Source of the DNA: Candidatus Hydrogenedens sp.
Lineage (GTDB): Bacteria; Hydrogenedentota; Hydrogenedentia; Hydrogenedentales; Hydrogenedentaceae
DNA: 64,000 bases
NCBI GenBank assembly: GCA_049968235.1
Contig: JBMFRC010000008.1
Span: 64,001-128,000, forward strand
Direction: 5' to 3'
The notes beneath the pieces are model-generated. The model saw only the letters and a program-made list of their open reading frames with translations. It made no database searches and was not told the DNA's origin. Shown here piece by piece: positions 59,942 to 64,000 of this stretch (its first letter is position 1; every line of letters starts with the position of its first letter). The position numbers and the translations under genes are program-made.

Positions 59942-60255
59942 TCCATATGAAATACTTCGGGGATGGGTATAAAACGAGGCTTACTCCCCTCCGTTTCCAT
60001 CAGTAGATTTGTTTTTGCCCACCATTCTTTCATTATAGGTTCTTGAGCAATGCGTATAAAACAACCCTCCGGGTCTTCTGATTCAAAATAAGCAAACAAA
60101 TCCAATCCATGACGATATATAGAATAGTTCCGAAATCCGGCTCTTTGATGTGCCTCCAGTACCTCCTTGCCTATATTTTTATGTAATTGTTCATATTCTT
60201 CTAAAACACTTGCATCTTTAAGTCTCATCATAAATGCATATCGAAACATACTCAT
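59938..60255 (-). CDS. rhaM: L-rhamnose mutarotase
   Basis: At 105 aa it aligns along its length with what I recall of E. coli RhaM (FMMRLKD...EEYEQLH...NYSIY...WW...EVFHM). Confidence 0.8.
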   Translation of the reverse strand: MSMFRYAFMMRLKDASVLEEYEQLHKNIGKEVLEAHQRAGFRNYSIYRHGLDLFAYFESEDPEGCFIRIAQEPIMKEWWAKTNLLMETEGSKPRFIPIPEVFHMD

Positions 60256-60343
60256 CTCCTTCGTTTTACTTTTTTTATATCTTATAAATTTGTATAATTT
60301 TATCTGTTCTTTAACTTTAATGTAAACAGAAAAGGTTTGAATA

Positions 60344-61906
60344 ATGTCTATCCTATTGATACTTTTATTATTAACTACTGCTTTTTCACAAACAGAAAAA
60401 GAAACTCTTATACAAAATGCCTATCTTAATGGACAAGCCCTTCTTTTCTGTAGAAATGTTCTCAATGGATGGATGCAATTTGCGGACCCGGATATAGATT
60501 TATTCCCGCGAAATTTGAAAGGAGATACTTATTGGAATGCAAAAGATTGTTCTGCTGATAACTATCCGTTTCTCACTTTAACTGCTTATTTCACAGACCG
60601 TTATATATTTGACACACGAATGAAAAATATTCTTAAAAATGAACAAAAATTTTGCAACCGTATGGGCTGTCTTCCCGATGATTTTGACCTTATAAAAAAG
60701 GATTTCAGACAACCTGAAATGAAACTATCCGAAATTATTTTTGGTGCATCGGAATATATTAAGGATGGGCTTTTACCCTTAACAGAATATCTCGGACCAA
60801 CGGAATGGTCTGAACGAATGATAGGGCTTATGGATGATATTTGGAAAAATGCAAAAATAGAAACAGAAGTAGGGTTACTTCCAGATGTTTCCCATGAAGT
60901 CGGGGGAGATTTGTTACAAGGGTTATGTCGAATATATTGGTTAACAGGGGATGATAAATATAAAGAATGGGCATTTAAATTGGGGGATTATTTCCTCCTG
61001 TATCATCTGCCAACAGATAGCGAATATTTCCAACTGGATGACCATGGTTGTGAGGTTTTTGGGGGACTTTCTGAGGCATATCTGCTGTCCGCATATAAAG
61101 CCCCTGATAAAAGGGAACAATGGAAAGAACCCATGCATCGGATGATTCAGAAAATATTGAAAACAGGAAGGAACAAAGAGGGGCTATTTTTTGAGGCAAT
61201 CAATCCGAAAGAGGAGAAAGTAATTCGGGATACCCTGACGGATAATTGGGGCTATAACTATAATGCTATTGCTACTGTGGGGATTCTGGATAATCAGAAA
61301 GAGTATGTACAGGAAGTGCAAAATACTCTGGATAAGTTATGGGATTCACGGGATTATCCGTGGGAGAATGACGGGGCGGATGGATTGGCAGATTCGCTGG
61401 AAGGTTGCCTCAATTTAATAAATCGATTTCCATCTGTAAATGCGGAACGATGGGCTGATTATACCGCACAGCGTCTTTTAAAGAAACAAAGACCCTCTGG
61501 AATTGTGGAAGGTTGGCATGGAGATGGAAATACGACAAGAACTATGTTAATGTATGCTTTCTGGAAATCGCAAGGATGCTATGTTCTCCCATGGAACGCA
61601 GAAGTATTTGTCGGTTCCACAAAGAATGAAACAAATAAACTACAAATTATAGTAAAATCGAATTGGAAATGGAATGGGAAACTAATGTTTGATATACCAA
61701 GATATAGAGATTATTTCCATTTCCCTATAGATTATCCACGATTAAATCAATTCCCAGAATGGTTCACAGTTGATAAGGACAAAGAATACCTCGTTTATAT
61801 GGAAGAAAAAGATGAAATAAAGATGAAAGGGGAAGAATTGCAAAAAGGATTACCCCTCGTTCTTGCACCTAATTCTTCCATTCATATTTCAATATCCATT
61901 TTATAA
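60344..61906 (+). CDS. Secreted hypothetical protein (possibly an alpha/alpha-toroid glycoside hydrolase-like)
   Basis: Signal peptide; no confident motif match. Confidence 0.4.
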   Translation: MSILLILLLLTTAFSQTEKETLIQNAYLNGQALLFCRNVLNGWMQFADPDIDLFPRNLKGDTYWNAKDCSADNYPFLTLTAYFTDRYIFDTRMKNILKNEQKFCNRMGCLPDDFDLIKKDFRQPEMKLSEIIFGASEYIKDGLLPLTEYLGPTEWSERMIGLMDDIWKNAKIETEVGLLPDVSHEVGGDLLQGLCRIYWLTGDDKYKEWAFKLGDYFLLYHLPTDSEYFQLDDHGCEVFGGLSEAYLLSAYKAPDKREQWKEPMHRMIQKILKTGRNKEGLFFEAINPKEEKVIRDTLTDNWGYNYNAIATVGILDNQKEYVQEVQNTLDKLWDSRDYPWENDGADGLADSLEGCLNLINRFPSVNAERWADYTAQRLLKKQRPSGIVEGWHGDGNTTRTMLMYAFWKSQGCYVLPWNAEVFVGSTKNETNKLQIIVKSNWKWNGKLMFDIPRYRDYFHFPIDYPRLNQFPEWFTVDKDKEYLVYMEEKDEIKMKGEELQKGLPLVLAPNSSIHISISIL

Positions 61907-62701
61907 AATGGCACCCTCCAAATTATTGGATTTCATTTTACGAGCAATATGAACAATCAGCACCAATATTAAAAATGCAATAATAATCCCTATACCTTTA
62001 TATCCGACCTTTGATACGATAGACCAAATGGCACCAAAAGCAGACAAAGCAAAAGAAATACAAAGTAATATATTCCACAACCACCATTTGGCTCCCCGAG
62101 GCAAATCTTCCTTTAATAATTTTTCCTGATTTAACAATAGCCAGAAAGATAGATATGCCAGAGGCAATAAGGTCATACAGAATACAGATGTTGGAATAGC
62201 AAGCCACATCTGGGCATCTTTCCAGAATAAAACACCAATAAGGCTCAGTGATACCATTAACCCTCCGAAGAATTGTGTCCAGCCTCGTAATGGTCGGTTT
62301 AAAAGTTCACAAAAACATAGACTATTGATAAGCATTAACATTGTGGATGCTCCCAAACCCATTCCCAATACACCGATACCAAAGATATATTGGGCTATTT
62401 TAGAACCGGTTAAAGGTTTAAGTGCATCAGAAAGATTAAATGCATCACGACGAACCATCATTGCAGACAATTTTCGGTCGGATTCCGGTAAGTTTCTAAC
62501 TCTTTCTTCTTTTTCCTCATTGGATAAACTATTCCATACCTGTTCACCTATTTCGTAGATAACTCTTCCCTCCATAAGTTTTTGAAAACTTCCTATTAAA
62601 TTGGGGGCAGGTTGAATGATATTACCCTTTTCATCTCGTTCACCCAGGAAACCCGGTGCAGGTTTAGCATGGAACGTGCCGCAGAAGCAATTACTACGCA
62701 A
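61901..62701 (-). CDS. C-terminal part (last TM helices) of the same NRAMP-like transporter, in the +1 frame, overlapping the previous ORF by 106 nt
   Basis: A hydrophilic loop followed by four TM helices. This frame is open upstream to 62743 but reads non-membrane sequence there, whereas the other frame carries a TM helix. The frame switch is inferred near 62655-62670. Confidence 0.45.
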   Translation of the reverse strand: MRSNCFCGTFHAKPAPGFLGERDEKGNIIQPAPNLIGSFQKLMEGRVIYEIGEQVWNSLSNEEKEERVRNLPESDRKLSAMMVRRDAFNLSDALKPLTGSKIAQYIFGIGVLGMGLGASTMLMLINSLCFCELLNRPLRGWTQFFGGLMVSLSLIGVLFWKDAQMWLAIPTSVFCMTLLPLAYLSFWLLLNQEKLLKEDLPRGAKWWLWNILLCISFALSAFGAIWSIVSKVGYKGIGIIIAFLILVLIVHIARKMKSNNLEGAIL

Positions 62702-63657
62702 CTTGTAGCAAGGATAAATGGAAAAAATAGTCCTGTAGACAGGTCAAATATCGCTAATCCACGAAATTCACGGTCCCAACCTTTTCGTAACATAGAATAA
62801 GGTAACATAAAAGTCATGTTTATACCCACTGCTGTTGCAGCAGCACTTATCATTACATCGCGTTGTTGAGAGACGATTAGATTTGTCCAGTAAGAACGAA
62901 ATTTTTCAGGAACCTGTTCAATATAAGGTATCAAGTCTTTAGAGGGATGAAATAGTAATGAAAAATCCGGAATAAATCCTGCTAAATATTTTTGCCAATG
63001 AACCTGTCCTGTTACAGTTAATACGACAACAACACCGAAAAAGCATATAACAACAGAGCCTACCATTGTTTTGATAATTATTTCGAATATTTTTACACCT
63101 TTTCCTCCTACGGTATACATGGTAAGGAATGTTAGATTAATTCCTAACACAATGAGCCCTGCCATAACCTTACCTGTAAAAGGTTCTACCGTTGGAGGAC
63201 CAAAAACTTGAGGAAGTAAATTCTGTTGAAAGGAGGCGATGGCAATAGAATATTGAGGCATAGACCAAACCATGTTTGCCAACATGGAAGCGAACAACCA
63301 ACTCCAGCCTAATACAGGGCTTACAAACTCATTGATTGTTCGTACCGGTCTTCGTCCTGTGGATAGTGTTACATACGCAATAGCACTTAACATAATTATT
63401 CCAGCAATCATTGCCAGAGGTTGTAACCATAAAAGTCCAAAACCAACTAGTACACCTAAATACATACTGGATGATAAGGACCCACCTCCTAATGTTATTG
63501 CACTCTGAAGCCAACCCGGACCCGAAAGACGGACAAATGTTTTAAATAACTTCCCTTTCCCTCCTTTGCGGGACTGTATTATCATTTCCCGTTCTCTCTG
63601 TATATGGGGTGCGATAGATTTCATTTGCTCTAATACAGGGTCTTTGTATTCCGACAT
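62596..63657 (-). CDS. NRAMP-family-like metal ion transporter, N-terminal part (TM1-8) of a gene that appears frameshifted
   Basis: SGPGWLQSAITLGGGSLSSSMYLGVLVGFGLLW parallels the NRAMP TM1 region GPGFLMSIAYxDPGNxxTDxQAGA...LLW, with DPGN replaced by GGGS. It continues through several TM helices. Confidence 0.5.
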   Translation of the reverse strand: MSEYKDPVLEQMKSIAPHIQREREMIIQSRKGGKGKLFKTFVRLSGPGWLQSAITLGGGSLSSSMYLGVLVGFGLLWLQPLAMIAGIIMLSAIAYVTLSTGRRPVRTINEFVSPVLGWSWLFASMLANMVWSMPQYSIAIASFQQNLLPQVFGPPTVEPFTGKVMAGLIVLGINLTFLTMYTVGGKGVKIFEIIIKTMVGSVVICFFGVVVVLTVTGQVHWQKYLAGFIPDFSLLFHPSKDLIPYIEQVPEKFRSYWTNLIVSQQRDVMISAAATAVGINMTFMLPYSMLRKGWDREFRGLAIFDLSTGLFFPFILATSCVVIASAARSMLNLHRVSWVNEMKRVISFNLPPI

Positions 63658-63737
63658 AATATTTCCTTTTCTTTAAAATAAAGGGAATATCTTTTTTAAG
63701 GGTGTTCCCTGCATGGTAATTATTAAATTGTATATAA

Positions 63738-64000
63738 TCATCTTATATAATCATTGAGTATATTTTCCAATAATTCCTGACGACCACTTTGTAGTTTTGG
63801 TTCACCATGTTCTTCAGCATATTTTGCTAACTCGATGAAAGATACTTTTTTACTTTCAATTTTCTTACCTAAATCCTTGTTCCAGCCTGCGTACCGCTGT
63901 GCAATGGCGTTTTCGAATACCTTGTCCTTGAGGAGTTTTTCTGCTATTTTAAGCCCCCGAGCAAAAGCATCCATTGCACCAATATGCGCATAGAATAGGT
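63738..64000 (-). CDS. xylA: Xylose isomerase, C-terminal fragment (gene continues beyond the window end)
   Basis: HIGAMDAFARGLKIAEKLL...KVSFIELAKYAEEHGEPKLQSGRQELLENILNDYI matches the conserved XylA C-terminus. The frame is open to position 64000. Confidence 0.75.
   Translation of the reverse strand, partial: LFYAHIGAMDAFARGLKIAEKLLKDKVFENAIAQRYAGWNKDLGKKIESKKVSFIELAKYAEEHGEPKLQSGRQELLENILNDYIR

Overview
This is a low-GC bacterial chromosomal segment of about 55 predicted genes, most of them ordinary. Coding density is high and translationally coupled ATGA overlaps are common. The notable features are listed in window order below.

- **Secreted hydrolases and a tRNA (1-9.2 kb):** a GH5 hydrolase, a CocE/NonD hydrolase, a beta-helix protein and an acyl-CoA ligase sit around an isolated tRNA-Ala(GGC) on the minus strand.
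- **Flagellin array (9.4-13.7 kb):** a textbook sigma-28 promoter precedes four tandem short flagellin genes, followed by flaG. The four genes show a pairwise (1,3)/(2,4) similarity pattern.
- **Candidate extracytoplasmic glycosylation locus (14.6-27.8 kb):** this is the most unusual region. It holds a DegT-family aminotransferase, two GT-C (PMT-like) membrane glycosyltransferases fused to TPR arrays (eukaryotic TMTC-like architecture), and four membrane-anchored SGNH-hydrolase paralogs arranged as two mirrored pairs.
- **Housekeeping and carbohydrate-active genes (27.8-41 kb):** a GH27 alpha-galactosidase with an NPCBM domain, dut, two GDPD genes, an SDR, rluB, scpB, and two DAHP synthases of different classes (I-beta and I-alpha).
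- **Putative redox/H2-sensing relay (32.2-35.5 kb):** a sensory [FeFe]-hydrogenase-like protein fused to a histidine kinase is followed by a REC-histidine kinase hybrid.
- **AT-rich restriction-modification-like island (41.4-43.4 kb):** a beta-class DNA methyltransferase has a TGA stop followed by 113 further in-frame sense codons, and an unknown 295-aa partner.
- **Remaining housekeeping genes (43.5-64 kb):** a GlpT-like transporter, a heptosyltransferase, a PilZ protein, a macro domain protein, ogt, a B12-radical SAM protein, purE, a TauE permease, rhaM and a partial xylA.
- **Apparent frameshifts:** two genes look frameshifted, a secreted-protein paralog near 45,240 and an NRAMP-like transporter near 62,650.

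No CRISPR array, transposase or integrase was recognised. I had no search tools, so every family assignment rests on motifs I could recognise by eye.
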